A stretch of DNA of 55,829 nt from Flavobacteriales bacterium (GCA_045561495.1 JBJKXR010000007.1:1-55829), one strand, 5' to 3'. Positions 1 to 11,338 are shown, numbered from the stretch's first letter. Notes: generated from the sequence alone by a model not told the origin. A program made the numbers and translations.

Positions 1-183
1 GCCTTTGGTTTGCCAATGAAGAAATTCAAATCTCAAACAGAGACCTTTGGATCTTTGGTATTTTTGGGATTTGGTTATTTCAATAGATCAAATTCCAATG
101 AAGGCCTATATGAAAATTACTTAAACATTAATGCAAGTATTATTTTAAACGATAAATGGTTTATTAAACGAAAATTTCAATAA
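1..183 (+). CDS. Partial (C-terminal end) outer-membrane beta-barrel protein, probably FadL-like
   Basis: Frame 1 is open from base 1 to TAA at 181-183: ...GLPMKK...ENYLNINASIILNDKWFIKRKFQ*. It has amphipathic strands and a WF-x-KRK tail, as in the barrel gene that precedes TPR-lptC in Bacteroidota. Not in the ORF track. Confidence 0.7.
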   Translation, partial: AFGLPMKKFKSQTETFGSLVFLGFGYFNRSNSNEGLYENYLNINASIILNDKWFIKRKFQ

Positions 184-186
184 CAC

Positions 187-1506
187 ATGAAAACAATAAT
201 CAAGGTCACTTTTCTATTCATGACACTATGTTTTTCAAGCATGGCTCAAGAAGCTAAAGAAGTTAATTATGGAGAAAATCCAGAAGAGTGTAAGAAAAAT
301 CTTACCATCATGCAAACTTACTATAAGCAAAAGGCATATGAAGATGCTGTTCGATCCTATAGGAAATGTTTAGACGGATGTCCGGAATCTTCAAAAAACA
401 TTTACATAGTTGGTGAAAGAATAATGAAGCATTACATCAAGAAAAATAAGGAAAATAAGGAATTGAAAAGTAAGTATGTAGATTCTTTGTTAATGGTTTA
501 CGACTTAAGATTGAAGTATTTTCCTGGAGATGAAAAATCTCAAATGAAAATACTTGAATCTAAAGGAAAAGCCTTGGCACAATATAGAATAAATGAATCG
601 ATGGAAGAAGCTTATGCTCTTCTTGACTCCTCAGTCAATTACACCTTTCCTAAAACTAAGTCATCTACAGCTACCCGATATATGTACGTGACAAAAATTA
701 TGAATAAAAAAGGAAAATTAGAGTGTGAAAAAGTGATTGAGAACTACTTGAAAATTGAAAACATTGTTAACCAATATCCCGAAAATAAAAGCTACACTAA
801 ACTCAAGAAAAAAAGTTTAAATTATGCTGATGAATGTTTAGGTTGCGATTTATTAGACTCTTTATACACTTTAAACTTTGAGCAAAATCAAAATGACACG
901 AATTGGTTGGATGCGGGAATAAGCTTATTGTATGAGAAAAAATGTACTTCTAGCGAAATCCTGGTAAAAATGATGGAGAAAAGGTTCGAAAGTTCTCCAG
1001 CTGCAAAAACAGCAATTGTCTTGGCATTATATTTTGGAAACAAAGAAGAAAATGATAAAGCATTAGATTATTTTGATAAAGCCATTGTAATGCAAAAAGA
1101 CTCTTTGAAACTCACAAAATATTTAATTAAGAAAGCAAAATTTCAGAACAAAATAGGGAATTATCCAGGAGCAAGATCAACCGCAAGTAAAGCTTTAGCT
1201 ATTGACCCAAAAAAGGCTGAAGCGTGTATTGTTATCGGGAACGCAATAAGTTATGGGGCGAGCAACTGTAAAACATTGAAATTTGGAGGGCCAGAAGTTT
1301 TTTGGGTGGCTGTTGATTATTACAACAAAGCGGCGTCTATTGCTGAAGATCCTGAAATAAAAGCTAAAGCATTAAAAAAAGCAGCTAAAAACTCAAATTA
1401 TTTCCCGCGTGAGCAAGATATTTTTCTTAAAACATTAAATGTGGGTGATTCGTACCAAGTAGGGTGTTGGGTAAATGCCTCTACAACTATTCGTGCAAAA
1501 AAGTAA
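187..1506 (+). CDS. Secreted tetratricopeptide-repeat protein
   Basis: Signal peptide, TPR-like helices, and C-terminal motif W.AVDYY.KA...YFP...DIF...G....VGCWVN; conserved position upstream of lptC. Confidence 0.8.
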   Translation: MKTIIKVTFLFMTLCFSSMAQEAKEVNYGENPEECKKNLTIMQTYYKQKAYEDAVRSYRKCLDGCPESSKNIYIVGERIMKHYIKKNKENKELKSKYVDSLLMVYDLRLKYFPGDEKSQMKILESKGKALAQYRINESMEEAYALLDSSVNYTFPKTKSSTATRYMYVTKIMNKKGKLECEKVIENYLKIENIVNQYPENKSYTKLKKKSLNYADECLGCDLLDSLYTLNFEQNQNDTNWLDAGISLLYEKKCTSSEILVKMMEKRFESSPAAKTAIVLALYFGNKEENDKALDYFDKAIVMQKDSLKLTKYLIKKAKFQNKIGNYPGARSTASKALAIDPKKAEACIVIGNAISYGASNCKTLKFGGPEVFWVAVDYYNKAASIAEDPEIKAKALKKAAKNSNYFPREQDIFLKTLNVGDSYQVGCWVNASTTIRAKK

Positions 1507-2094
1507 TTGAAAAGACGATTCATTATACTGCTAAAAAGCATTAGTACTTTGGTACTAGTGCTTTTTATTTGTTCTTGTCAAAGCGATCTAGATCAACTTA
1601 ATAAAAATGGTATTGAAATAACAGGAACGGTTCCAGATGCTTACTACACAAATTTTAATATTATATATTCTGATTCTGGTATTCTAAAAGTAAAAATAAC
1701 TGGACATATTCTCGAACAATATTCCAAGGGAAAAGATAAACCAGGAAAAGATATAATGCGTGATAGTGTGCATGTTCGGTTTTACAATCAAAACCAAATC
1801 GTATCAAGTGAATTGTTTGCAGATTATGCAGTTAGAAACAATGGTACGAATGAAATGAATGCTCGAGGAAATGTAGTTGTGATAAATAGTAAAAAAGAAA
1901 AATTAAATACTGAACGACTAACTTGGAACTCTCAAACAAAAAAGATAATTTGCGATACCACAGTTGTGATCACCAAACCCAATGGTCAAAAGATAGTTGG
2001 CAACAGTTTGGAGTCTGATGAGAAATTTGAAGATTATAAAATCACAAAAGTTAGTGGAGAATTGCCGTTTAAACGTGAAGAAACGCCTAAATAA
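1507..2094 (+). CDS. lptC: LPS export ABC transporter periplasmic protein LptC
   Basis: Lipoprotein-like N-terminus (ICSC), beta-jellyroll motifs (YSDSG, ARGNVVV, LNTERLTW, GNSLESDE), synteny. TTG start. Confidence 0.85.
   Translation: MKRRFIILLKSISTLVLVLFICSCQSDLDQLNKNGIEITGTVPDAYYTNFNIIYSDSGILKVKITGHILEQYSKGKDKPGKDIMRDSVHVRFYNQNQIVSSELFADYAVRNNGTNEMNARGNVVVINSKKEKLNTERLTWNSQTKKIICDTTVVITKPNGQKIVGNSLESDEKFEDYKITKVSGELPFKREETPK
1533..1566 (+). terminator. Terminator-like hairpin inside the 5' end of lptC
   Basis: AAAAAGCATTAGTAC-TTTG-GTACTAGTGCTTTTT: 15-bp stem with one G-U pair, ending in a U-run. Confidence 0.5.
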
Positions 2095-2266
2095 AATATT
2101 TGAAATCGCCTGGTTAATTATTGGAATTAGTTCAATAATCGCATTTATTTACTATTATTTCAACTACGGTTTAGAGCCTGTAAAACCTCTTTTACTTATC
2201 ATTCCTGTTTCTGGAATATTCTATTATTCAAGACGTCAAAGAGGAAAAAAAATGGATGCTGAATAA
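2075..2266 (+). CDS. Small two-TM membrane protein
   Basis: GTG start at 2075 overlaps the lptC end; two hydrophobic segments and a basic tail; stop overlaps the next ATG (TAATG). Confidence 0.65.
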   Translation: MKKRLNKIFEIAWLIIGISSIIAFIYYYFNYGLEPVKPLLLIIPVSGIFYYSRRQRGKKMDAE

Positions 2267-3531
2267 TGACTTGGATTATATTAATTTCTACCATTATATT
2301 ATCTGCAATTTTTTCTGGATTAGAAATAGCCTTTGTTACCGCCGACAAAATGCAAATTGAAATCATTAACAAACGAGGAGGTTTAATTGCTAAAGTTTTG
2401 AATTCTTTTATATCCTATCCTTCAAGATTCATTGCTACATTGTTAATTGGCAATAACCTAGCACTTGTAACCTTTGGTATTTATATAGAAAAAATTTTAG
2501 AGCCCAAAGTAACCTTATTCACAGACAATACAATTCTTGTATTACTGATTCAAACAATTATCTCCACCACCATCATCTTATTGTTTGCAGAATATATTCC
2601 GAAAACTATTTTTCGACTAAAACCAAATCATGCATTAAGAGTTTTTGCTTACCCTATGTTCCTACTCTTTTGGGGGTTGAAATGGGTAGTAAACAGTGTT
2701 GTTGGATTCTCTAAATTCATTTTAAAAAAGTTTTTAAAAGTTGATATTCAGGAAGATCGTCCAATTATTGGTAGATTAGAACTCCAACAATATTTGGAAA
2801 AACGAGTTGAAAACACTGAAAACACTGATGAATTAGATGCAGAAGTGCAGTACTATAAAAACGTCCTTGATTTTCAATCGGTAAGAGTTCGAGAATGCAT
2901 GGTTCCTAGAACTGAAATTGTTGCCTTGGATGTAAATACATCCATTGAGAAATTAAATAAAATATTTATTGAAACAGGGCACTCAAAAATTCTAATTTTT
3001 AAAGAATCTGTTGATGAAGTGATTGGCTTTGTGCATTCTAAAGAAGTCTTTAAACAACCAGAAAACATTTCTTCCATCATTTTACCGATTGGTTTTGTAC
3101 CCGAGTCCATGACAGCCCAAAGAGCATTAAACACATTTATTCATTTAAGAAGAAGTGTTTTAGTAGTGGTGAACGAATTTGGTGGTACTGCTGGAATGCT
3201 AACCGTTGAAGATATTTTAGAAGAGATTTTAGGTGAAATTGAAGACGAACACGATATAGTAGATCACGTTGAAGAGAAAATATCTGAAAATGAATTTTTA
3301 TTTTCCGGGAGATTAAAAGTGGATCTTCTAAATGAAAAATATAACTTAAACATTCCTACAGATGAGAGTTATGAAACACTAGCGGGGTATATTTTCACCC
3401 ATACCGAAGCAATTCCGAAAAAAGGAGCTACAATTGAAATCGATCATTTTTCATTTCAAATCGAAAAAGTTGGTGAAACAAGAATTGAACTCATTAAACT
3501 ATTAGTATACCCTGTTAATTCTAAAAAATAA
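2266..3531 (+). CDS. Hemolysin/HlyC-CorC family transporter (CNNM-CBS-CBS-CorC)
   Basis: FSGLEIAF, LLIGNN, AEYIPK, MVPRTEI, VVNEFGGTAGMLTVEDILEEILGEIEDEHD, YETLAG motifs. Confidence 0.92.
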   Translation: MTWIILISTIILSAIFSGLEIAFVTADKMQIEIINKRGGLIAKVLNSFISYPSRFIATLLIGNNLALVTFGIYIEKILEPKVTLFTDNTILVLLIQTIISTTIILLFAEYIPKTIFRLKPNHALRVFAYPMFLLFWGLKWVVNSVVGFSKFILKKFLKVDIQEDRPIIGRLELQQYLEKRVENTENTDELDAEVQYYKNVLDFQSVRVRECMVPRTEIVALDVNTSIEKLNKIFIETGHSKILIFKESVDEVIGFVHSKEVFKQPENISSIILPIGFVPESMTAQRALNTFIHLRRSVLVVVNEFGGTAGMLTVEDILEEILGEIEDEHDIVDHVEEKISENEFLFSGRLKVDLLNEKYNLNIPTDESYETLAGYIFTHTEAIPKKGATIEIDHFSFQIEKVGETRIELIKLLVYPVNSKK

Positions 3532-3605
3532 ACCAGTATCTCGAAACAACTGCTTTTAAAGACCAATTATCACCCGATATTTTTCATTTATCAATGAAAC
3601 TGTAA

Positions 3606-3613
3606 TATATTTG
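3606..3613 (+). promoter_or_regulatory. Bacteroidota -7 promoter element
   Basis: TATATTTG matches TAnnTTTG, just upstream of ATG 3637. Confidence 0.55.
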
Positions 3614-3636
3614 TACACCTTTAAATTTTGCATAAA

Positions 3637-5898
3637 ATGGGAATAATTCAAAAAACAAGAGACAATTCAGCTTTAATGTTAATTGTTATCGGTGGAGCTT
3701 TGTTGGCTTTTATTCTTACTGAGTATTTAAGTTCTAGTAATTCAACTAGTGAACTGGACACGACGGTAGGAGAATTCAATGGAGTTGAAATATCAGATAA
3801 AGAATTTGCTTCTGAAAGAGAAAAAATAGTATTTCTTACGAATGGTGGGGAATCCTTTGCTTCCTCCACACAAAAACAAAAAGCCTCTTTTACAGATGAT
3901 ACTTGGAGACAAATATTACGAGATAAATTCCATCAAAATCAAGCCGAAGAACTTGGAATTAAAGTAACCGGTGAAGAAGAAGAAGAGATGCTCGTTGGAA
4001 ACCTAGAAACAAAAACTCCCGCTTTTTATTTTTACGTGAACTACTTATTTGGCGGTTCTGATTTGTTCCAGAAAAACAGAGATGAAATTGCTCAAAATCC
4101 ATCAGACATCTCTAAATATGCTTATATGGCTGTTATTAACCGTCAAAGCAACCAAATAATTAAACAAGTTCGTTTGGATAATGGAAAAGATCTCTGGGTA
4201 AGAGACTTTGGAATCAAACTAAAAGAGCAAGAAAAACTTCAACGGGTTTTGTCAAGTTGTTTTTATACCACAACCAGTTTAGCAAAGGATGAGTTTTTAG
4301 CGAATAATTCAAATAAAGATGTAGAAGTAGGTTTTGTAGCATACAGTTCTATTAATGATTCATCCATAGAACCAACCATGCAGGAAATAGAAGCTGCTTA
4401 TGAAGAAATAAAATATCAATTTGTTGAAAAGGAAAATTCAAGAAAATTGGTTTTTGCAACTTTTGACTTGCAGCCATCTAAAGAAGACAAGCAGGCTGTT
4501 TTAGAAGATATTGCAGGTCTTAAAATCACATTAGATGAGGAAGAAAATACTAAGTTGTTTATCAAAAATGAAACCGATGCAAACGAATTGGTTGATTTTA
4601 GCTACTATAAAAAAGGTGAATACCCCGAGAAAATAGCAGGAATTGATACTAAATTATTCCAGCTGAAGAAAGGCGATACGTATGGCCCATTTACAAATCC
4701 AGATCAAAGTAAATATGGAGTTGCAAAAGTGTTAGATGTTAAACAACTTTCCGATTCAGCCAAATTTGAAATGGCTCGTGTTGAATATCAGCCAGCATTA
4801 GACAAAATTGCAGCAGGCGATTCAGCATACGAATATTCCGCCGAAGATCAACAAAAATTCCAGACACTATACTCAGAACTCGCGGATAGTTTATTAGAAG
4901 AGGTACAATCGAAAAAGTTCTCTTCTATTTCTAAGGATTTTCTTTATATCGATTCAAGTTATATTAAAGATGGAAAATTACAATGGACTCAGTTATCTGC
5001 CAACATCTATGGTAGAGACTTTATGGATAGCATTATAACTTGTAAGGTAGGAGATGTTAAGAAAGTTTTTATTCCTACAAAACAAGGTGGTTTTTTCGCT
5101 TTAATTAAGATTAGAAAATTTGGTGTAAAATCGAAAAAAATGCAAATTGGAACGATAATAAAGAATGTTTTACCGGGAGATAATACTCAAGAGGATTATA
5201 TGTCCAGAGCAAATCAAGTTGCCTTCATAATCAAAGAAGGAAAGGACTTAACTTCATTTTCCGATAGTCTAAATTACGTTCTTGATTCTGCAAACGTTAA
5301 GGGATCAACTTATAGTTTAAATGGTATTACTGACTCTAGGAAAATTATTTACTGGGCATTTAATACTGAATTTAATGAACCATCGAATGTATTTACTACA
5401 CCAGAGAAATATATTGTAGGTGTGGTTAAAAGTGAGAACAAAAGTAAATTTAAATCGCTAGAAGACCCATATGTGAAATATGTTTGTGAAGCCCATGCTC
5501 GAAAACAAAAACAAAAAGCGAATATTTTAAATAACTTTCCGGAGATAACTGCAAACAATCTTCAATCTCTAGCCGAGGCTTACAATGCTTTAAAAGTAAC
5601 CAAAGAGTCCGCCGTGAATTTGAAAAAAGGTTCTTCTAAGTTTTCCAGAGAATCTGAAGTAAATGGAAATATTGCTGGACTTTCTAAGGATAAGACTTCA
5701 GATATAATTGAAGGTGAAGATGGGGTTTATGTGGTGAAAGTACTCAATGAATATGACGCTGAAATAACAGAAAACACCACTTTTGATCTTGAAAAAAACC
5801 AGTTGCAGTATGCTGCCCAAAGAAATAGTAATTTACTAGTTGACGAATACATTACTGAAAAAGCAGATTTAACGGATAACAGAAAAATACTTAGATAA
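3637..5898 (+). CDS. Membrane-anchored periplasmic chaperone, SurA N-terminal / PpiD-like peptidyl-prolyl isomerase
   Basis: MGIIQK.R...L.IVIG.ALLAFIL N-terminal anchor, VGEFNG.EIS, IEGEDGVYVVKV, and C-terminal A.LTDNR; conserved after the CorC gene in Bacteroidota. Confidence 0.8.
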   Translation: MGIIQKTRDNSALMLIVIGGALLAFILTEYLSSSNSTSELDTTVGEFNGVEISDKEFASEREKIVFLTNGGESFASSTQKQKASFTDDTWRQILRDKFHQNQAEELGIKVTGEEEEEMLVGNLETKTPAFYFYVNYLFGGSDLFQKNRDEIAQNPSDISKYAYMAVINRQSNQIIKQVRLDNGKDLWVRDFGIKLKEQEKLQRVLSSCFYTTTSLAKDEFLANNSNKDVEVGFVAYSSINDSSIEPTMQEIEAAYEEIKYQFVEKENSRKLVFATFDLQPSKEDKQAVLEDIAGLKITLDEEENTKLFIKNETDANELVDFSYYKKGEYPEKIAGIDTKLFQLKKGDTYGPFTNPDQSKYGVAKVLDVKQLSDSAKFEMARVEYQPALDKIAAGDSAYEYSAEDQQKFQTLYSELADSLLEEVQSKKFSSISKDFLYIDSSYIKDGKLQWTQLSANIYGRDFMDSIITCKVGDVKKVFIPTKQGGFFALIKIRKFGVKSKKMQIGTIIKNVLPGDNTQEDYMSRANQVAFIIKEGKDLTSFSDSLNYVLDSANVKGSTYSLNGITDSRKIIYWAFNTEFNEPSNVFTTPEKYIVGVVKSENKSKFKSLEDPYVKYVCEAHARKQKQKANILNNFPEITANNLQSLAEAYNALKVTKESAVNLKKGSSKFSRESEVNGNIAGLSKDKTSDIIEGEDGVYVVKVLNEYDAEITENTTFDLEKNQLQYAAQRNSNLLVDEYITEKADLTDNRKILR

Positions 5899-5947
5899 AG
5901 GTCTCTTTAAAAGGAGCCATATTTCCTGTAGATCTAAATAAAGATAG

Positions 5948-5981
5948 AAAAAAGCCGTCTAGTAATTTAGACGGCTTTTTT
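5948..5981. terminator. Bidirectional intrinsic terminator
   Basis: AAAAAA-GCCGTCTA-GTAATT-TAGACGGC-TTTTTT between convergent genes. Confidence 0.88.
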
Positions 5982-6005
5982 AATTAGTTAATATCAAACT
6001 TAACT

Positions 6006-6722
6006 TTATGCCTTTCCACAACATTGCTTATACTTCTTACCACTTCCACAAGGACAAGGATCATTTCTTCCAACTGTTTTTTGTGCTATAACCGGTTTTT
6101 TTGAATCCTCAGCAACCGATCCATTTACATCACCCCTTGATGCAATCACTTTTGGAATTGGGGCTGCTTTTGGTGCCGAAGCAAGAGCTGCCGATTTTTG
6201 TTGATTTGGATCTTGTTGTAAAATCCCCGCCTTCATAAGAAAAGAGGCCACTTCTGTATTGATTTTATCCATCATAACCAAGAAAACATCATAAGACTCC
6301 CTTTTGTATATAAGTAGAGGGTCCTTTTGTTCAACAGATGCGTTCTGAACGTTTGTTCTTAAATCATCCATCTCTCTTAAATGCTCTTTCCATTCTGCAT
6401 CAATAATAGCTAAGGTGATTCCTCTTTCAAATTGCTTAACAACTTCTTGACCTTTTGACTCATAGGCCTTTTCAAGGTTTACGGATATATTTAAAATCTT
6501 TTTACCATTGGTGAAAGGAATATTAATGGAAGAGTATTCACCACCTTGATTTTGATACACATCTTGTATAAAAGGTAATGTTGTAAGTGCTAAACCGTCT
6601 TTTTTTGCCTTGTAGGATTCAGATACTTTTTTTGCAACAGCTTCAAATATTATTTTATCAGAGGAGCTTTCAAATTCTTCACTTGAAAATGGACTTTCTA
6701 TCCCCAACTGTGTGATTAAATC
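6006..6722 (-). CDS. secA: SecA, C-terminal part (after apparent 1-nt frameshift)
   Basis: [29 protein letters not shown] motif [19 protein letters not shown]. The frame is open back to 6722 ([12 protein letters not shown]). Confidence 0.9.
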   Translation of the reverse strand, partial: DLITQLGIESPFSSEEFESSSDKIIFEAVAKKVSESYKAKKDGLALTTLPFIQDVYQNQGGEYSSINIPFTNGKKILNISVNLEKAYESKGQEVVKQFERGITLAIIDAEWKEHLREMDDLRTNVQNASVEQKDPLLIYKRESYDVFLVMMDKINTEVASFLMKAGILQQDPNQQKSAALASAPKAAPIPKVIASRGDVNGSVAEDSKKPVIAQKTVGRNDPCPCGSGKKYKQCCGKA

Positions 6723-9286
6723 TTAAACGCTTCAAAATCTTTTCTATGCGAATATTTCAGAACTAGAGCTTCTATTGCATCCATAAACATATTGGATACA
6801 TCTACAGATAAACGATCACCGTAAAGCGCATTTCTTCTCTTTGTATAAATAACTTCTCTTTGAGCATTTAAAATGTCATCATACTCTAACAAACGCTTTC
6901 GCATTCCAAAGTTATTTTCCTCTACTTTCTTTTGTGCCCTTTCTATCGATTTTGAAATCATGGAGTGTTGTATAACTTCCCCTTCTTTTAGGCCCATTCT
7001 ATCCATTAATTTCGAAATACGCTCCGAACCAAATAATCTCATTAGGGGATCTTCAAGCGCTACAAAGAATTGTGAAGAACCAGGATCTCCCTGACGTCCT
7101 GAACGACCCCTCAACTGACGGTCAACTCTACGAGATTCATGACGCTCAGTGGCGATTATTGCTAAACCTCCCTTTTCTTTAACTTCATTAGAAAGTTTAA
7201 TGTCAGTTCCTCTACCTGCCATATTTGTAGCAATAGTAACCATATTAGCCTGGCCTGCCTCACGAACAATTTGAGCCTCCTGCCCATGACGTTTTGCATT
7301 AAGTACATTATGCTTAATGCCACGCATTTTTAATGTTCTACTTAATAATTCAGATATTTCAACTGAAGTAGTACCAACAAGAATTGGACGTCCTTGTTTT
7401 GTAATTTCTCCAATTTCCTCAATTACAGCATTAAATTTTTCTCTTTGTGTTTTGTAAACCTTATCGTTACGATCATCTCTTACAATAGGTCGATTGGTGG
7501 GGATTTCAACGACATCCAACTTATAAATATCCCAAAATTCTGCTGCCTCGGTAATTGCTGTACCGGTCATACCACATAATTTGTGGTACATTCTAAAGTA
7601 ATTTTGCAAGGTAACAGAAGCATACGTTTGGGATGCGGCTTCTATTTTTACACCTTCTTTTGCTTCTACTGCTTGGTGCAAACCATCACTCCATCTTCTT
7701 CCATCCATTATACGCCCGGTAGACTCATCAACAATTTTAACGGCATTATCCATTACAACATAGTCTTTCTCCTTTTCAAAGAGTGTAAATGCTTTTAACA
7801 ATTGCTGCATTGTATGCAAACGTTCTACCTTAATACTATATTCTTGAGTAACTTTTGTTTTAGCCTGGGCTTTTTCTTGGTCGGTTCCACTCATTTGATC
7901 AACTCCAGCAAGCAAACTCCCTAAATCAGGCATTACAAAGAAATCTTTGTCTTCAATAGATTGAGATATCAAATCAACTCCTTTATCTTTTAATTCAATA
8001 GAGTTGGCTTTTTCATCAATCACAAAGAATAACTCATCATCCACAACATGCATGTGTTTTCCTTGCTCTTGCATGTAGTGGTTTTCTGTTTTTTGAAGCA
8101 GTTGTTTGGCACCAGGCTGAGATAAAAACTTAATTAACGCTTTATTTTTTGGTAAACCTCTAAATGCACGTAAAATTTCAATTCCCGCCTCCTTTGAATT
8201 TTCATCTTTAAATAACTTTTTAGCTTCGGCTAACTTTTTAGTTACAAATTGACGTTGAGCTTGAACCAGTTGATTGACAAAAGGTTTTAATTTATCAAAC
8301 TCCATATTGGTTTTCCGTGTCATTTGACCAGAAATAATGAGTGGTGTTCTAGCGTCATCAATTAAAACAGAATCTACCTCATCCACGATCGCATAATGAT
8401 GTTTTCTTTGAACTAAATCATCAACATCACTGGCCATGTTATCTCTCAAATAATCAAATCCAAATTCATTATTTGTACCATAAGTAACATCGCAATTATA
8501 AGCTGCTCTTCTTTCTTCACTATTGGGTTGATACTTATCAATACAATCAATGGAAAGGTTATGAAACTCAAAAAGTGGTCGCATCCACTCACAGTCACGA
8601 GTTGCTAAATAATCATTCACCGTTACTAAATGAACTCCTTTATTGGCTAACGCATTTAAATACACAGGAAGTGTTGCTACTAATGTTTTACCCTCTCCCG
8701 TAGCCATTTCACCTATTTTACCAGAATGCAAAACAATTCCTCCTACTAATTGCACTTGGTAGTGCTCCATATCCCATTTTATCTCATTCCCACCAGCTTC
8801 CCAAGTAGTTGAATATATAGCCTTATCACCTTGAATTTCAAAATTATCTCTCAAATGAGCGATGCTTTTTTCAAATTCAGAAGCAGTAACTTCAATGGTT
8901 TCATTGTCCTTAAACCTTCTTGCCGTTTCTCGAATATTCGCAAATGCTTTTGGTAAAATTTTATTCAGAACTTCTTCTATTTTTTCATCAATTTCTTTAT
9001 TGATCTCATCAATTTGCTTGTAGAGCGCTTCTTTTTCTTTTACAGGAACACCTAGCTTATCCGCGTTTGACTTAATTTTTAGAATCTGATCTTCTTCAGG
9101 CTTTATATATTCTTGAATTTCTAAACGAAATTTATCCGAATTCGCTCTTAACTCATCCGATGAAGAATCCTTTAATTTATCTTGTTCAAGTAAAACTTGA
9201 TTTACAAGTGGTGAAATATCTTTAACGTCCTTATCACTTTTTTTTCCAAAAAGCTTGGTAATTACATTTCCTATTGAACCTATCAT
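6716..9286 (-). CDS. secA: Preprotein translocase ATPase SecA, N-terminal part (premature stop from frameshift)
   Basis: [69 protein letters not shown]. Confidence 0.96.
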   Translation of the reverse strand: MIGSIGNVITKLFGKKSDKDVKDISPLVNQVLLEQDKLKDSSSDELRANSDKFRLEIQEYIKPEEDQILKIKSNADKLGVPVKEKEALYKQIDEINKEIDEKIEEVLNKILPKAFANIRETARRFKDNETIEVTASEFEKSIAHLRDNFEIQGDKAIYSTTWEAGGNEIKWDMEHYQVQLVGGIVLHSGKIGEMATGEGKTLVATLPVYLNALANKGVHLVTVNDYLATRDCEWMRPLFEFHNLSIDCIDKYQPNSEERRAAYNCDVTYGTNNEFGFDYLRDNMASDVDDLVQRKHHYAIVDEVDSVLIDDARTPLIISGQMTRKTNMEFDKLKPFVNQLVQAQRQFVTKKLAEAKKLFKDENSKEAGIEILRAFRGLPKNKALIKFLSQPGAKQLLQKTENHYMQEQGKHMHVVDDELFFVIDEKANSIELKDKGVDLISQSIEDKDFFVMPDLGSLLAGVDQMSGTDQEKAQAKTKVTQEYSIKVERLHTMQQLLKAFTLFEKEKDYVVMDNAVKIVDESTGRIMDGRRWSDGLHQAVEAKEGVKIEAASQTYASVTLQNYFRMYHKLCGMTGTAITEAAEFWDIYKLDVVEIPTNRPIVRDDRNDKVYKTQREKFNAVIEEIGEITKQGRPILVGTTSVEISELLSRTLKMRGIKHNVLNAKRHGQEAQIVREAGQANMVTIATNMAGRGTDIKLSNEVKEKGGLAIIATERHESRRVDRQLRGRSGRQGDPGSSQFFVALEDPLMRLFGSERISKLMDRMGLKEGEVIQHSMISKSIERAQKKVEENNFGMRKRLLEYDDILNAQREVIYTKRRNALYGDRLSVDVSNMFMDAIEALVLKYSHRKDFEAFKI

Positions 9287-9392
9287 TGGGTATTTATTTC
9301 TAGTATTACTTAAGCATTCTTATCAAAAAGAATGCAAAGTATAAATTTAAACTAAATCCCTGTAAAATCGGCAGGAAAAGTGGGTTTCTGCA

Positions 9393-9405
9393 TGACAAAT
9401 TGTTG
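9393..9405. promoter_or_regulatory. Degenerate TGACA-N3-TGTCA box upstream of secA
   Basis: TGACA-AAT-TGTTG; resembles the boxes at 34500-34512 and 39066-39078. Confidence 0.35.
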
Positions 9406-9478
9406 CTTAAAAGCTACTTATACAGAAGTTTTCCTTGATTCTATAATTGTTTAAAAAAGTACGCTTTTACTTTTGAAA

Positions 9479-11269
9479 TTAATCGTTCAGCTTCAAAACA
9501 GCTAAAAAGGCACTCTGTGGTATTTCTACAGAGCCAATTTGTCGCATTTTTTTCTTACCCGCTTTTTGTTTTTCCAATAATTTGCGTTTTCTAGAAATAT
9601 CACCACCATAACACTTCGCGGTAACATCTTTTCGCAATGCTGAAATGGTTTCTCTGGCAATAATTTTTGCTCCAATGGCGGCTTGTATGGCAATTACAAA
9701 TTGCTGACGAGGAATTAATTCTTTTAACTTTTTACAGATTTTTTTCCCTAGAGTAAATGCATTATCTGCATGAATTAAAGCTGAAAGAGCATCTACATGG
9801 TCTCCATTTAATAGAATGTCCATTTTCTTCAAGTTGGATTGACGCATTCCTGATGGATAATAATCAAATGATGCGTATCCTTTGGATACGGACTTTAATC
9901 TGTCATAAAAATCAAATACAATTTCAGCTAAAGGCATTTCAAAAGAAAGCTCTACTCTGTCTGCACTTAAATACACTTGATTGCTTAACTCTCCTCGCTT
10001 TTCAATTGCTAAAGTCATAACAGATCCAACGTAATCAGACTTGGTTATAACCTGAGCTTTGATATAAGGCTCTTCAATCCAATCAATAAAAGATGGATCG
10101 GGCAACTCCGAAGGATTATTTACTAAAATTTCTTCTCCTTTTTTAGTATACGCCATGTAAGATACATTCGGAACAGTAGTTATAACGTCCATTTCAAACT
10201 CTCGCTCTAATCTTTCTGTAATAATTTCCATGTGCAACATCCCCAAAAATCCACAACGAAAACCAAATCCCAATGCTGCAGAACTTTCAGGCTCAAAAGT
10301 CAAAGAGGCATCATTCAGCTGAAGTTTTTCCATGGCGTTACGCAAATCTTCATAATCTTCAGTAACTACGGGGTAAAGTCCGGCAAAAACCATTGGCTTT
10401 ACATCTTCAAAACCATCAACGGCTTCATTACAAGGGTGCTCAAAGTTGGTTAAAGTATCTCCCACTTTTACATCTGCTGCACTTTTAATCCCTGATATAA
10501 TATAGCCTACATCACCTGTTTTAACTTCTTTCCTTGGTTCCATCTCCAAACGAAGTATTCCAATCTCATCGGCATTGTAACTCTTTCCTGTATTGAAAAA
10601 CTTAACCTTATCTCCTTTTTTAATGGAACCATTTAATACTCGATAATAGGCTATAATCCCCCGAAAGGAATTGAAAACTGAATCAAAGACCATGGCCTGT
10701 AATGGTGCTTCAGACTGACCTTTTGGTGCAGGAACTTCAGCAACAATTGCTGTTAAAATATCAGTAACTCCCAAACCTGTTTTTCCTGATGCAGGAATAA
10801 TTTTATCGCGTTCACATCCAATTAAATCAACTATTTGATCTTTTACTTCCTCAGGTTGTGCGCCAGGAAGATCCATTTTATTTAAAATTGGAATAATTTC
10901 TAAATCATTTTCTAATGCTAAGTAGAGATTGGATATTGTTTGTGCTTGAATACCTTGCGCTGCATCAACAATCAAGAGGGCTCCCTCACAAGCTGCTATA
11001 CTTCTTGAAACTTCATATGAAAAATCAACATGACCTGGTGTATCAATTAAGTTGAGCACATAGTGTTCACCATCTTGCTCATAATCCATTTGAATTGCAT
11101 GAGACTTAATGGTAATTCCCCTTTCTTTCTCCAAATCCATATCGTCAAGAGTTTGTTCCCCAAGTTCTCTATCGGATACTGTATTTGTTTCTTGTAATAA
11201 TCTATCCGCTAAGGTCGACTTTCCGTGATCAATATGGGCAATTATACAGAAGTTTCTAATATTCTTCAT
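9479..11269 (-). CDS. lepA: Translation elongation factor 4 (LepA)
   Basis: [53 protein letters not shown]. Confidence 0.98.
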   Translation of the reverse strand: MKNIRNFCIIAHIDHGKSTLADRLLQETNTVSDRELGEQTLDDMDLEKERGITIKSHAIQMDYEQDGEHYVLNLIDTPGHVDFSYEVSRSIAACEGALLIVDAAQGIQAQTISNLYLALENDLEIIPILNKMDLPGAQPEEVKDQIVDLIGCERDKIIPASGKTGLGVTDILTAIVAEVPAPKGQSEAPLQAMVFDSVFNSFRGIIAYYRVLNGSIKKGDKVKFFNTGKSYNADEIGILRLEMEPRKEVKTGDVGYIISGIKSAADVKVGDTLTNFEHPCNEAVDGFEDVKPMVFAGLYPVVTEDYEDLRNAMEKLQLNDASLTFEPESSAALGFGFRCGFLGMLHMEIITERLEREFEMDVITTVPNVSYMAYTKKGEEILVNNPSELPDPSFIDWIEEPYIKAQVITKSDYVGSVMTLAIEKRGELSNQVYLSADRVELSFEMPLAEIVFDFYDRLKSVSKGYASFDYYPSGMRQSNLKKMDILLNGDHVDALSALIHADNAFTLGKKICKKLKELIPRQQFVIAIQAAIGAKIIARETISALRKDVTAKCYGGDISRKRKLLEKQKAGKKKMRQIGSVEIPQSAFLAVLKLND

Positions 11270-11338
11270 ATCTGTAAAAATACATTAAAAAACAACCATA
11301 GGCACAACACCCAAGGCTTCTTGTCATTTTTTAAACTA

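Noticed and set aside
6716-6730. Programmed ribosomal frameshift in secA
   Set aside because: There is no slippery heptamer, the -1 frame is closed by TAA immediately upstream, and other single-base indels in the window point to assembly error.
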